DNA of 64,000 bases, from NCBI GenBank assembly GCA_965205975.1, contig OZ242195.1, positions 5,056,001 to 5,120,000 on the forward strand, written 5' to 3'. Below are positions 9,607 through 19,560 of this stretch, piece after piece. The notes under the pieces were generated by a model. The model was not told the origin of the DNA. It ran no database searches and saw only the letters and a program-made list of their open reading frames with translations. The position numbers were made by a program, and so were the translations under genes. This DNA comes from Candidatus Latescibacterota bacterium (GTDB lineage: Bacteria; Latescibacterota; UBA2968). The stretch's first letter is position 1, and every line of letters starts with the position of its first letter.

Positions 9607-12600
9607 ATGAACATCACGGAATTTGCAATTAAAAACAATGTCGTCACATTGTCCCTGTTGGTCGTCATAATTATCACCGGGATCTCCGCTTTTCAAAATA
9701 TGTCCCGCGATGATATGCCGCCGTTTCTCGTGCGCGTTGCCAATGTCGTAACGACCTTTCCAGGGGCCAGTCCGCAACGGATGGAACTGCTCATTTCCGA
9801 TAAAATTGAAGAAGTGTGCCAGGAAGTGCCAGAGGTGGATTATATCCAGAGTGAAAATCGCACCGGTGTATCAGTTGTCTCGATATTTATCAAAGATAGC
9901 GAGAATGATCTCCAGCCGATTTTTGATAAACTGCGCCGAAAAGTAGATGCTGTGCGCAACCAACTGCCTGCCGGTGTCGCGAGCGTGAATTTCATCGACG
10001 AGGGAGCAGATGTTTATGGTATCATCCTGGGTCTAACAGCAGACGGATTTACTTATGCAGAATTAAAAGAAGCTGCAGATGCCATCCGAGATGATTTAAT
10101 TAAACTGCCAAATGCTGCAAAAATAAAGATCGTGGGTGCTCGCGAAGAGCGCGTCTATCTCGATTACGACAATGCGCGTCTGGCGGAATTGGGACTTACG
10201 CAGCAAAAACTCAAAAATGTTATTTCCAGTACTAATATCGTTTTTTCCGGCGGCGACGTCGAAGTCGGCAATGAGCGGATTATCCTGGAGCCTACGGGAA
10301 ATTTTGAACTGATAGAAGACATCAAAAAAATCATTGTTTCTTCCGAAAAAGGCGAACTGGTATTTTTGGGGGATATTGTCAATATTTATCGCGGCTATGT
10401 CGAACCTCAAAAATCGAGTGTACGCATTGATGGAAAACCGGGATTGGCCATTGGTGTCAATCTCAAAAAAGGCGGCAATATTATTGAATTGGGAAGAGAA
10501 ATTGATGCGCGTCTCGAATATTACCAGACTGTTTTGCCCTGGGGATTCAAAATCGTTAGAGCAGCTTCTCAGGATGAAGTCGTAGATGACTCCGTAAAGA
10601 ACTTCCTCGGAAATCTATACCAGGCAGTGGGCGTGGTACTACTCGTCATGCTGCTTTTTCTCGGCTTGCGTACGGGCCTTATCGTGGCTTCTCTGATTCC
10701 GATGGCGATCGTGACTACGATATTATTGATGTCGCAATTTGGCCTGGGACTGAACCAGGTTTCACTGGCCTCCCTGATTATCGCGCTCGGTATGCTGGTC
10801 GATAATGCCATTGTCGTTTCCGAATCCATTATGGTCAAAATGGATAAGGGCGAAAAAGCCATTGACGCGGCTATCGCGTCTGCCAGAGAGTTATTTATGC
10901 CACTGCTCATATCCTCATTGACGACATCCGCCGCATTCTTCGCTTTCTATATGGCAGAATCGGTCATGGGCGAAATCATGGGCGAATTATTCGTGGTGGT
11001 GAGCTTAGCACTCCTTTCCTCCTGGCTTCTTTCCATGACATTGATACCGCTTTTGTGTATTTATTTTTTAAAAGTCCGCCCCAAGGTGGAACGCGTAAAG
11101 CCGAATAGATTTCAGGCATTTTACGAGAAGATTCTGGTAGGCAATCTACAGCGTCCTTTCCTGTTTTTGAGCGGTGTGGTTGTTGTCTTTGCCATCGCCC
11201 TGTGGTGTTTTCGCTTTCTCCCCTTCATTTTTTTTCCAGATAGCGAACGCGCCCTGGTCACTGTTAATGTAGATCTGCCTTTGGGCAGTACCATCGACAA
11301 AACAGAAGCGGTGGTCAAAGCCATCGAAAACTACGTCATAGAGGAGCTCCTGGCTGGAGAAGACCGCGCGGAAGGCGTGGTTTCGTTTTCGTCGTACACT
11401 GGTGAGGGTGCGCCCCAATACGACCTGGGTTATACGGCACCAGAAGCCCTGCCCAGTTCTGCCCATATTTTGCTGAACACCAGTTCCTCAGTTGCCAATC
11501 AGCGAGTGATAGATGCGGTTGACAATTTCATTTTTCAAAATCTACCGGAGGCGAAGGGTAAGGTGAAGCGATTATCCGGCGGTGGAGACAATGCTATTGA
11601 AATTCGCATTTTTGGAGATGACCCAGAGGTGCTCTATCGACTGATGGCGGAAACCAAGGCCAAATTGCGCAGCATTGAGGGTAGCAAAAATGTTCGCGAC
11701 AGTTGGGGACCGCGCACAAAAAAATTCATCGTTGATATCGATCAACGTCGTGCGAGGCTCGCAGGTGTGACCAGTCAGGACATTGCCGTGTCTTTGCAAA
11801 CCGCGCTGAATGGCTTGGAAACCGGGCAATTTCGGGAGGGCGATAAAATTATTCCAATTGTGATGCGAAACAATCAGATGGAAGACCGCCGCATTCAGGA
11901 CCTGGAAAGCATGCATGTTTACGCGCAGCAAAGTGGTAAAAACGTACCTCTCAAGCAAGTTGCGGATATGAACATTGAGTGGCAGGCTGCGAAAATTTTG
12001 CGGCGAGACCTGATCAGAACAATTTCGGTTATGAGTGGATTGGAATCTGGATATACTGCTGCAGAGATTATGGATCACATAACGCCGTGGTTAGAACAAC
12101 AACAGAGAACGTGGCCTTCTGGATATGTGTATAAATTAGGGGGAGAAGCAGAAACGAGTGCAAATAATATCGGGGCAATTATGAACTATCTACCCCTGTC
12201 GTTTTTTATTATTGTCCTCTTGCTCATCGGTCAATTCAATTCCCTTCGCAAACCATTGATTATTTTGCTGACGATTCCGTTGGGCATAATCGGTGTGATT
12301 TTTGGGTTGTTGTTCACCGGTTCCTATTTTGGCTTCATGCCATTTTTGGGGATCATTTCCCTATCTGGCATTGTGATCAACAATGCAATTGTCTTGATTG
12401 ATCGCATTCAAATTGAAATGGATGAGTTTAAGCGCACACAACAAGATGCGATTGTAGCTGCTGCTCAACAGCGGTTCCGTCCCATTATGCTTACAACAGC
12501 AACGACGACTTTGGGTTTGATTCCGCTATGGATCGGTGGTGGCGTCATCTGGGAACCCATGGCGATCACAATTATCTTTGGATTGCTCTTTGCCACGATT

Positions 12601-12660
12601 TTAACACTGTTGGTCGTACCGGTGATGTACAAGCTCTTTTTTAAGGCGCCTGCCCCTTAA
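9607..12660 (+). CDS. RND efflux permease (AcrB/AcrD/AcrF family)
   Basis: 1017 aa; FPGASP, GMLVDNAIVV and RFRPIMLTT motifs. Confidence 0.93.
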   Translation: MNITEFAIKNNVVTLSLLVVIIITGISAFQNMSRDDMPPFLVRVANVVTTFPGASPQRMELLISDKIEEVCQEVPEVDYIQSENRTGVSVVSIFIKDSENDLQPIFDKLRRKVDAVRNQLPAGVASVNFIDEGADVYGIILGLTADGFTYAELKEAADAIRDDLIKLPNAAKIKIVGAREERVYLDYDNARLAELGLTQQKLKNVISSTNIVFSGGDVEVGNERIILEPTGNFELIEDIKKIIVSSEKGELVFLGDIVNIYRGYVEPQKSSVRIDGKPGLAIGVNLKKGGNIIELGREIDARLEYYQTVLPWGFKIVRAASQDEVVDDSVKNFLGNLYQAVGVVLLVMLLFLGLRTGLIVASLIPMAIVTTILLMSQFGLGLNQVSLASLIIALGMLVDNAIVVSESIMVKMDKGEKAIDAAIASARELFMPLLISSLTTSAAFFAFYMAESVMGEIMGELFVVVSLALLSSWLLSMTLIPLLCIYFLKVRPKVERVKPNRFQAFYEKILVGNLQRPFLFLSGVVVVFAIALWCFRFLPFIFFPDSERALVTVNVDLPLGSTIDKTEAVVKAIENYVIEELLAGEDRAEGVVSFSSYTGEGAPQYDLGYTAPEALPSSAHILLNTSSSVANQRVIDAVDNFIFQNLPEAKGKVKRLSGGGDNAIEIRIFGDDPEVLYRLMAETKAKLRSIEGSKNVRDSWGPRTKKFIVDIDQRRARLAGVTSQDIAVSLQTALNGLETGQFREGDKIIPIVMRNNQMEDRRIQDLESMHVYAQQSGKNVPLKQVADMNIEWQAAKILRRDLIRTISVMSGLESGYTAAEIMDHITPWLEQQQRTWPSGYVYKLGGEAETSANNIGAIMNYLPLSFFIIVLLLIGQFNSLRKPLIILLTIPLGIIGVIFGLLFTGSYFGFMPFLGIISLSGIVINNAIVLIDRIQIEMDEFKRTQQDAIVAAAQQRFRPIMLTTATTTLGLIPLWIGGGVIWEPMAITIIFGLLFATILTLLVVPVMYKLFFKAPAP

Positions 12661-12685
12661 TCACATGTCAAAAAATACGAACAAA

Positions 12686-12718
12686 AAAACGCCCAGTCCC
12701 GACAAGACTGGGCGTTTT
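12686..12718. terminator. Bidirectional intrinsic terminator between the RND permease and ppk1
   Basis: AAAACGCCCAGTC-7nt-GACTGGGCGTTTT hairpin between convergent genes. Confidence 0.85.
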
Positions 12719-12724
12719 GTGGGT

Positions 12725-12783
12725 TTTGGGGACAAACCTATCTGGCGGTGCTGTATTTAAGTAGCAGCGGTCGATTCGATTGA
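12725..12783. repeat. Right copy of the direct repeat, overlapping the ppk1 3' end
   Basis: Copy of the K+ channel 3' end with an internal ~21-bp deletion. Confidence 0.85.
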
Positions 12784-14877
12784 GGGTGGTGTTTGGGCAA
12801 AGAAGTCGGGGATATCGACGGGTTCGCCCAGAGACAGATTCATGAGCATGTCGTGCATACAGAATGCGGGTTCGTTTTGGGCGGGTTCAATGTGACGGTC
12901 CGTGCCATCGGGCAGGAGTTCACGCGATTTGACATTGTCGGCAAAGCATGTGCTGAGGAGTTCTGATTTTATTCGTGCAATTAAGTCCGGGTCTTCGATG
13001 GGGCAAAGCGTTTCGACGCGGCGGCGCAAATTTCGAGGCATCCAATCCGCGCTGCCGATATACACATCGGGGTTCCCGTCATTTTCAAAGTAATAGACGC
13101 GGCTGTGTTCCAGGAATCGTCCGATGATGCTGCGCACTCTGATGTTGTCGCTTATACCGGGGACACCCGCACGCAGACAGCATATACCGCGCACGATCAG
13201 GTCAATTTGCACGCCGTTTTGCGATGCGCGATACAGCGCGCGGATCACTTTGGGGTCTTGAAGTGAATTCATTTTCGCGACAATACGGGCTGTGCGTCCT
13301 TTGCGGGCATGATGGATTTCGCGGTCGATTTTTTGAAGGATAGAGTCGAGCATGGTAGAGGGTGCAATGAGAAATTTGCTGACCTGGGGATGTGCAGATT
13401 GCGTGGTGAGCAGGTTAAAAATTTCGGCCACATCACTTGTGATGTCTTCGCGTGCTGTGAATAATCCCAGGTCCGTATAAAGTCGGGCTGTTGAGGGATT
13501 GTAATTGCCCGTGCCGATGTGGGCATAGCGGCGTAGCCCGTTATTGGCTTCGCGCCTGACCAGCAGCGAGAGTTTGCAATGCGTTTTAAGGCCCACGACG
13601 CCATATACGACGCATACACCCGCATCCTGAAGGCGGCGCGCCCATCGAATATTGGATGCCTCGTCAAATCGCGCTTTGAGTTCGACAACCACTGTGACTT
13701 CTTTGCCCGCCTCTGCTGCGCGAATCAGTGCATCGATAACGGGCGAATCTTCGCTGGTGCGATAGAGCGTTTGTTTGATGGCGAGCACATCGGGGTCGGT
13801 TGCCGCTGAATTGACGAATTGAACAACGGGTGTAAAGGCATCGTAGGGATGGTGGAGCAGTATATCTTTTTGTCTGATCTGATCAAAGAGGGTATCGATT
13901 TCTTCATAAGTCTGGTCGGGCGGGTGATAGGGTGAATATTTCAAATCGGATCTGGGGGTCGCGCTATAAAGTCCCATTAAACGGTTGAGATTTACCGGTC
14001 CGTTGACCTGATACACCTGATTGTTTTTTAGACTGTATGTCGATTGTAAGCGCTTGACAAGTGCCTTGCTCGCATCGGCTTCGATTTCGAGACGGACCGT
14101 GTCGCCTTTGCGCCGATTTTGTAATTCGTCTTCAATGGCGAGCAATAAGTCATCGGTTTCTTCTTCGTCCAGGTAAAGGTCGCTGTTTCGGGTGATGCGA
14201 AAAGCGGCTGTGTCGAGAATTTGATATCCCCGGAAAAGTTCGGGAATATGTGCCTGAACAATATCGGCGAGGAAGACAAAGTCGATGCGCTGGCTGTCTT
14301 CTTCTCGGGGCAAGCGAATCAGACGCGGCAATAGACGAGGAACCTGCACGACGCCGAGCAGTGTTTCACCTTCGCGGTTTTTGAGCAAAAGGGCGATGCA
14401 AAGGGCTTTGTTGATCAGGCGTGGTAATGGGTGTGCAGGACTGATGGTGAGCGGGGTTAAAACCGGGTAGAGTTCTGCGTGGCAGTAGTCGTCGAGGAAG
14501 GATTTTTCGCGTTTGGAAAGCGTGCTGATGGTGCGTATGTGAACATCTGCGTCGCGCAATGCGGGAAGGAGTTCATCGTTCCAGCAGGCGTATTGCTCAT
14601 CGACCATGCGATGGGCTTCTTTTGCAATGGCCGAAAATTGTTCTTCGGGCAAGAGGCCATCGGGTCCGTAATCGGAAATGCCCGCTTCTACTTGCTGGAG
14701 CAGGCCCGCTACGCGCACTTCAAAAAATTCGTCGAGGTTGTTGGCCACGATGCCCAGGAATTTGACCCGTTCCAGCAGGGGATTTTCAGGGGTGCGGGCT
14801 TCTTGTAATACGCGCTGATTAAAACGCAGCCATGAAAGTTCTCTATTAAGATAGAGACTGGTATCGCCGAGGTCCAT
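12757..14877 (-). CDS. ppk1: Polyphosphate kinase 1
   Basis: YLNRELSWL, NLDEFFEVRVAG, LLHHPY, ELKARFDE, KTHCK and GRFLEHSR motifs. Confidence 0.97.
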   Translation of the reverse strand: MDLGDTSLYLNRELSWLRFNQRVLQEARTPENPLLERVKFLGIVANNLDEFFEVRVAGLLQQVEAGISDYGPDGLLPEEQFSAIAKEAHRMVDEQYACWNDELLPALRDADVHIRTISTLSKREKSFLDDYCHAELYPVLTPLTISPAHPLPRLINKALCIALLLKNREGETLLGVVQVPRLLPRLIRLPREEDSQRIDFVFLADIVQAHIPELFRGYQILDTAAFRITRNSDLYLDEEETDDLLLAIEDELQNRRKGDTVRLEIEADASKALVKRLQSTYSLKNNQVYQVNGPVNLNRLMGLYSATPRSDLKYSPYHPPDQTYEEIDTLFDQIRQKDILLHHPYDAFTPVVQFVNSAATDPDVLAIKQTLYRTSEDSPVIDALIRAAEAGKEVTVVVELKARFDEASNIRWARRLQDAGVCVVYGVVGLKTHCKLSLLVRREANNGLRRYAHIGTGNYNPSTARLYTDLGLFTAREDITSDVAEIFNLLTTQSAHPQVSKFLIAPSTMLDSILQKIDREIHHARKGRTARIVAKMNSLQDPKVIRALYRASQNGVQIDLIVRGICCLRAGVPGISDNIRVRSIIGRFLEHSRVYYFENDGNPDVYIGSADWMPRNLRRRVETLCPIEDPDLIARIKSELLSTCFADNVKSRELLPDGTDRHIEPAQNEPAFCMHDMLMNLSLGEPVDIPDFFAQTPPSIESTAAT

Positions 14878-14923
14878 AACACACTCCGGGGAAGAGGCGA
14901 CGGAATTGCGTTAAATGTCAGGT

Positions 14924-14953
14924 ATTATAATGCGGTATTGAGCAGTTTGTCAA
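14924..14953 (-). promoter_or_regulatory. Consensus sigma-70 promoter for ppk1
   Basis: TTGACA-N18-TATAAT on the minus strand, ~45 nt upstream of the ATG. Confidence 0.8.
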
Positions 14954-14971
14954 ATAAAAACGGCGATCTTG

Positions 14972-15013
14972 AAGAAAAGGTCGGATGGGCAAAAATCCAT
15001 CCGACCTTTTCTT
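14972..15013. terminator. Perfect 17-bp hairpin with U-tracts on both strands
   Basis: AAGAAAAGGTCGGATGG-8nt-CCATCCGACCTTTTCTT. Confidence 0.7.
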
Positions 15014-15066
15014 TTGAGAAGAGAGTTAGCGGGAAGAATCCCCGAAGAAAGGATGAAATGGCGTAT

Positions 15067-15130
15067 TTGTAACAAAAATGTCACGATTTTGTGACCAAAG
15101 CGTAACCGTTTTGGAGGCGATTTGTAACAT
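15067..15130 (+). promoter_or_regulatory. Pho-box array (11-bp direct repeats)
   Basis: GTAAC/GTCAC/GTGAC/GTAAC/GTAAC at 15069, 15080, 15091, 15102 and 15124, upstream of the porin-pst operon. Confidence 0.75.
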
Positions 15131-15188
15131 TATAGCGATATCTTATTGCGGAGAACGCCGTTTATTCACCAATTCGGAGGGAGAGCAC

Positions 15189-16142
15189 ATGCGTATTTGT
15201 AAAGCAATTTGGGGAATACTGTTGTGTTTGGGTTTTGTTTTGGCGGGACGGGGTGAAGCTGTAGATACCAAGCTTCAGGGTGTTATGTTTGCCGATTATT
15301 ATATCGTTAGGGGAAATGGAGAAGAAGAGAATGGCTTTCGGTTTCGACGCATTTATCTCACCCATGACCTGAAGTGGAGTGATACCTTTTCTGGACGGGT
15401 TCGGCTGGAAGCCAAGGATGCGGGCTTTAATAGTGAAGAGAAAATAGAACCTTTTGTAAAGCACGCGTATTTGCGCTATCGCAAAAATGGCCATGCGATC
15501 TATATGGGGCTGTCTGGTACGCCAACATGGAACGTATCGGAGTCTGTTTGGGGTTATCGCTCGGTCGAGAAGACCCTCATGGATCGAAAAAAAATTGCCT
15601 CTTCTGCTGATTTAGGTATTGCATATCGCACGCGATTGGATGAAGCTGGAAAGTTAAATGCCCAGATTATGCTGGCCAATGGCAGCGGGCAGCATTCCGA
15701 GACAGATCACTACAAGAAAATTTACGGTCTGTTGCATTTTAATCCCGGTACCCTGAATGTGACGACTTATGTAGATTGGGAAAAACGTCCAGGCAATCTA
15801 GATCGCACGACTTTTGCTACGTTTATCGGGTTGAAAAAGAAAAATTTCCACGGTGGATTGGAAGGCTTTGTGCAATGGCGCAACCATACCGCACAGGTGC
15901 GGGGGCTTTCACTATTCGGCACAGGGCAGTTTAGCAAAAAGATAAAGGTGTTTGCTCGTAGCGATTTCTTTGATCCAGACGATAAGTCTGACGACGATGG
16001 GGAATATTGCTTTCTCGGAGGGCTTGACATTGAGCCGGTAAAGGATATTCACATTATGCCCAATGTGATGGCCACAAATTTTCAGGCTCCAGATGTGGAT
16101 ATTGAGATGGTTCCCCGGCTAACGCTATATGTCAGGTTTTGA
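15189..16142 (+). CDS. Putative phosphate-selective outer membrane porin (OprO/OprP-like)
   Basis: Signal peptide, GFRFRRIYL basic motif, amphipathic strands, terminal Phe; first gene of the pst operon. Confidence 0.65.
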   Translation: MRICKAIWGILLCLGFVLAGRGEAVDTKLQGVMFADYYIVRGNGEEENGFRFRRIYLTHDLKWSDTFSGRVRLEAKDAGFNSEEKIEPFVKHAYLRYRKNGHAIYMGLSGTPTWNVSESVWGYRSVEKTLMDRKKIASSADLGIAYRTRLDEAGKLNAQIMLANGSGQHSETDHYKKIYGLLHFNPGTLNVTTYVDWEKRPGNLDRTTFATFIGLKKKNFHGGLEGFVQWRNHTAQVRGLSLFGTGQFSKKIKVFARSDFFDPDDKSDDDGEYCFLGGLDIEPVKDIHIMPNVMATNFQAPDVDIEMVPRLTLYVRF

Positions 16143-16195
16143 TTATCACATAAATGTCGTGTTTTCGTCATCTCGCGATACAGGTTTATTTTTTT
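16143..16195 (+). promoter_or_regulatory. Possible second Pho-box promoter for pstS
   Basis: ATCAC/GTCGT/GTCAT at 16145, 16156 and 16167 (11-bp period). Confidence 0.45.
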
Positions 16196-16225
16196 ATTCT
16201 GTAACACTACGCTAGGAGAGATTGA

Positions 16226-17203
16226 ATGACCAGATTTATTTGTATGATCGCATGTGTGGCTGTTTTGACACAGGCTGCGGCTCAGGCGCAGGAAGATTCG
16301 CCTGTTCCTGCGTATCAAAAAGTGAGTGGGATTTCCGGAAGTGCCAACAGCATTGGGTCAGATACGATGAATAATTTGATGACGCTCTGGTTGGAAGGCT
16401 TTCGCAAGTACTATCCCAGTGTAACTATTCAGGTTGAGGGCAAGGGATCGAGCACTGCGCCTCCCGCACTGATCGAAGGCACCGCGCAATTTGGCCCCAT
16501 GTCGCGCCCGATGAAGGCTTCGGAGATAGACAAGTTTGAAAAGCATTTTGGATATCCCCCCACAGTGTTGCGAGCCTCGCTGGATGCATTGGCTATTTTT
16601 GTCAATAAAGATAACCCAATTAATGGGTTGACTTTGCAGCAGGTAGATGCGATTTTTTCTAAGACGCGACGCGGTGAGTATAAGGAAGATATTACGAGAT
16701 GGGGGCAGTTGGGTCTGGGAGACGATTGGAAAAATGCCGCATTCAGCCTTTATGGTCGCAATTCCGCGTCGGGTACTTATGGGTTCTTCAAAGATCACGC
16801 GCTGTTTAAGGGCGATTTCAAAGACGAAGTAAAAGAGCAACCGGGGTCTGCTTCGGTTGTGCAGGGCGTGGCCGAAGACAGGTATAGTATTGGTTATAGT
16901 GGCATAGGTTACAAGACATCTGGCGTGCGCGTCGTACCTCTGGCGTTGGAAACTGGCGAACCCTTTAGAGAGGGTACGATAGAAAATGTGATCGATGGAT
17001 CTTATCCTCTGGGGCGTTTTTTGTATTTGTACATCAACAAGGTGCCCAATAAACCTCTCGATCCGCTGGTGAGAGAATTTTGTAAATTTATTTTTTCCAA
17101 AGAAGGGCAAGAGATTGTCGTTAAAGATGGCTATATGCCCGTGCCCTATCAGGTGGTTAAAGAGGAAATCGAGAAGTTACAGTTACCCATCCAAACACCC
17201 TAA
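16226..17203 (+). CDS. pstS: Phosphate ABC transporter substrate-binding protein
   Basis: GSDTM, EGKGSSTA and GRNSASGTY motifs; signal peptide. Confidence 0.95.
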   Translation: MTRFICMIACVAVLTQAAAQAQEDSPVPAYQKVSGISGSANSIGSDTMNNLMTLWLEGFRKYYPSVTIQVEGKGSSTAPPALIEGTAQFGPMSRPMKASEIDKFEKHFGYPPTVLRASLDALAIFVNKDNPINGLTLQQVDAIFSKTRRGEYKEDITRWGQLGLGDDWKNAAFSLYGRNSASGTYGFFKDHALFKGDFKDEVKEQPGSASVVQGVAEDRYSIGYSGIGYKTSGVRVVPLALETGEPFREGTIENVIDGSYPLGRFLYLYINKVPNKPLDPLVREFCKFIFSKEGQEIVVKDGYMPVPYQVVKEEIEKLQLPIQTP

Positions 17204-17309
17204 TTGCCAGCGGTGAGACGTTAGAGGGCCAGCCAACTTCCATCCCAGAGGCGAGAGAAAGCCCCCAGCCCCTGTTTCTCATTCCACCTTTCCCGTCTCA
17301 CTCTTTATT

Positions 17310-19550
17310 ATGGCACTTCCATTGAAACCATTATCAAAGCGACAATTGCCCGGCATCACGCCAAAGGCACGTCTGATGGACCGCACTGGGCAGTGGATAA
17401 TCACTGCTGGCGGCATCGGTGTGATTCTGTCGGTGCTGGGCATTTTTCTTTTTGTGTTGATGGAGTCCTATCCCCTGTTTTTGAAGCCGAGCGCGTCCAG
17501 GACACATACCTTTGATTTTTCGCACCGTCAGCCGGTTCTGTGTACGGGGGTTGATCCCTATCAGGCAGTGATGTTTATCGTGCATGAAGCGGGGATTGAT
17601 TTTGTGGATATGACTACAAAGTCGGTGACAAAGTCTGTATCTATTCCCGAACTACAGGGACGGCGCATTCGGGCAGCTTATCGCGCTCTGGATAATACGC
17701 ATGTTGGCCTGGGTCTGGACGACGGTACAATGCTGGACTGTCGCGTGAATTTTGCCGTGGATTACGATGCGGAGGGAAAACAGATTGTGACGCCGTCTTT
17801 TGATGTTGAGTCGGCGATGGATCTAACCGATAAGGCTCTTGTGCATCTCGTATTTCGACACGATGGAAAGTCCCGCGGCACAGTACTTGGCATTGCGGAT
17901 TCCGGGCAACTCGTTTTGGGAATTTCCGAAACACAGCGCGGTCTTTTGGGCGGTGGCAAAACGACCATTCGCAGATATGATTTGACCGATGAGATCAAAG
18001 GGCGAGCCAGGGTGGGTGCCGTGGCAAAATCGGGACGCTATGTTCTGGTGGGCACAGACCGCGGTGAAGTATTTCGATGGGAAATTGGACGGGGAGGGGC
18101 CAATCCCAGGCTATTGGATTATTTTCGAGTTTCCGATCAGGAGGTGTCTGCGCTGGATTTTGTGCTGGGCGATGTGTCGCTCGTCGTGGGCGATGTGGGT
18201 GGTCGTGTGTCTGCCTGGATGCCCGTCAGAACGAGCGAGGGCGATAATAAAAGGGTGTTCAAAAGGGTCCACACTTTGCAGTCTCATCCGATGGCGGTGA
18301 ATGCACTGGCATCGTCTGCTCGCGACAAACAATTTTTATCGGGCGATGTATCGGGGATGGTTGCGTTGCATCACATGACATCGGAACAAACGTTTTTCCA
18401 ATTGCCCGGTGATAGACCTATTCAATCCCTGTCTTTTGCGCCAAAAGCAAATGGCTTTTTGACTGTGAGTAAGTCGGGACAGGTGACGGATTTTGATCTC
18501 CAAAATCCACATCCCGAAGTGACGCTACAAACACTTTTTGGCAAAGTGTGGTACGAGGGATATACGGAGCCTCAATACGTGTGGCAATCCACGGGCGGGT
18601 CGGATGATTTTGAACCCAAGTTGAGTATTGTGCCTTTGATATTTGGTACCTTTAAGGGCACGCTTTACGCGATGTTATTCGCGTTGCCTCTGGCTGTTTT
18701 GGCAGCGATTTACACATCGGAATTTGCCTCTCCCAACGTGCGTAGTCTGGTCAAACCCGTGGTGGAGTTGATGGCTTCGCTTCCCAGTGTGATTCTGGGA
18801 TTTTTGGCTGGTTTGTGGTTGGCACCGCTGCTGGAGACGAGGATCGTCGGTGCGCTGCTGTTGTTGCCCTGTGTGCCTATTGTCGTGGTGATATGTGCGT
18901 GGGCGTGGGGACAGGTGTCCGAAGATTTTGCACGCAGAGTACCGGATCACTGGATTCTAACTTTGCTGGCTGGCATCGCGTTGTTTTCGCTCTATCTGTC
19001 GTTCGCACTCGGTCCTTTGGCTGAATCGCTTTTGTTTGGCGGCAATTTTCAAAGCTGGCTGCTCGGCACAACGGGTACGCGCTACGATCAGCGCAATTGT
19101 CTGGTGGTGGGCTTTGCGATGGGGTTTGCCGTGGTACCCATTATTTACACGATCTGCGAAGATGCTCTGTCGAGTGTGCCGCAGCATCTACGCGCTGGAT
19201 CACTCGCGCTGGGCGCAACGCCATGGCAAACGGCTATCCGCGTGGTGTTGCCCACGGCGAGCCCGGGTATTTTTTCCGCGACTATGATTGGATTTGGCCG
19301 CGCTGTGGGCGAAACGATGATTGTGTTGATGGCTACGGGCAATACGCCGATTTTGGATTGGACCATTTTTAATGGCATGCGCACGATGTCGGCCAATATC
19401 GCCGTGGAGATTCCCGAAGCACCCCATGAAGGTACGCTTTATCGCGTGTTGTTTTTGACAGGGGTTTTGCTGGCGGCGATTACTTTTTTGGTGAATACAC
19501 TGGCAGAAGTGGTGCGGCAGCGTTTGCGCGAGAAGTATAGCAGGATTTAA
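17310..19550 (+). CDS. pstC: Phosphate ABC transporter permease PstC with a large beta-propeller-like periplasmic domain
   Basis: ELMASLPSVI, SLALGATPWQT and GRAVGETM motifs; WD40-like N-terminal half. Confidence 0.9.
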   Translation: MALPLKPLSKRQLPGITPKARLMDRTGQWIITAGGIGVILSVLGIFLFVLMESYPLFLKPSASRTHTFDFSHRQPVLCTGVDPYQAVMFIVHEAGIDFVDMTTKSVTKSVSIPELQGRRIRAAYRALDNTHVGLGLDDGTMLDCRVNFAVDYDAEGKQIVTPSFDVESAMDLTDKALVHLVFRHDGKSRGTVLGIADSGQLVLGISETQRGLLGGGKTTIRRYDLTDEIKGRARVGAVAKSGRYVLVGTDRGEVFRWEIGRGGANPRLLDYFRVSDQEVSALDFVLGDVSLVVGDVGGRVSAWMPVRTSEGDNKRVFKRVHTLQSHPMAVNALASSARDKQFLSGDVSGMVALHHMTSEQTFFQLPGDRPIQSLSFAPKANGFLTVSKSGQVTDFDLQNPHPEVTLQTLFGKVWYEGYTEPQYVWQSTGGSDDFEPKLSIVPLIFGTFKGTLYAMLFALPLAVLAAIYTSEFASPNVRSLVKPVVELMASLPSVILGFLAGLWLAPLLETRIVGALLLLPCVPIVVVICAWAWGQVSEDFARRVPDHWILTLLAGIALFSLYLSFALGPLAESLLFGGNFQSWLLGTTGTRYDQRNCLVVGFAMGFAVVPIIYTICEDALSSVPQHLRAGSLALGATPWQTAIRVVLPTASPGIFSATMIGFGRAVGETMIVLMATGNTPILDWTIFNGMRTMSANIAVEIPEAPHEGTLYRVLFLTGVLLAAITFLVNTLAEVVRQRLREKYSRI

Positions 19551-19560
19551 TGTTCTGGAG

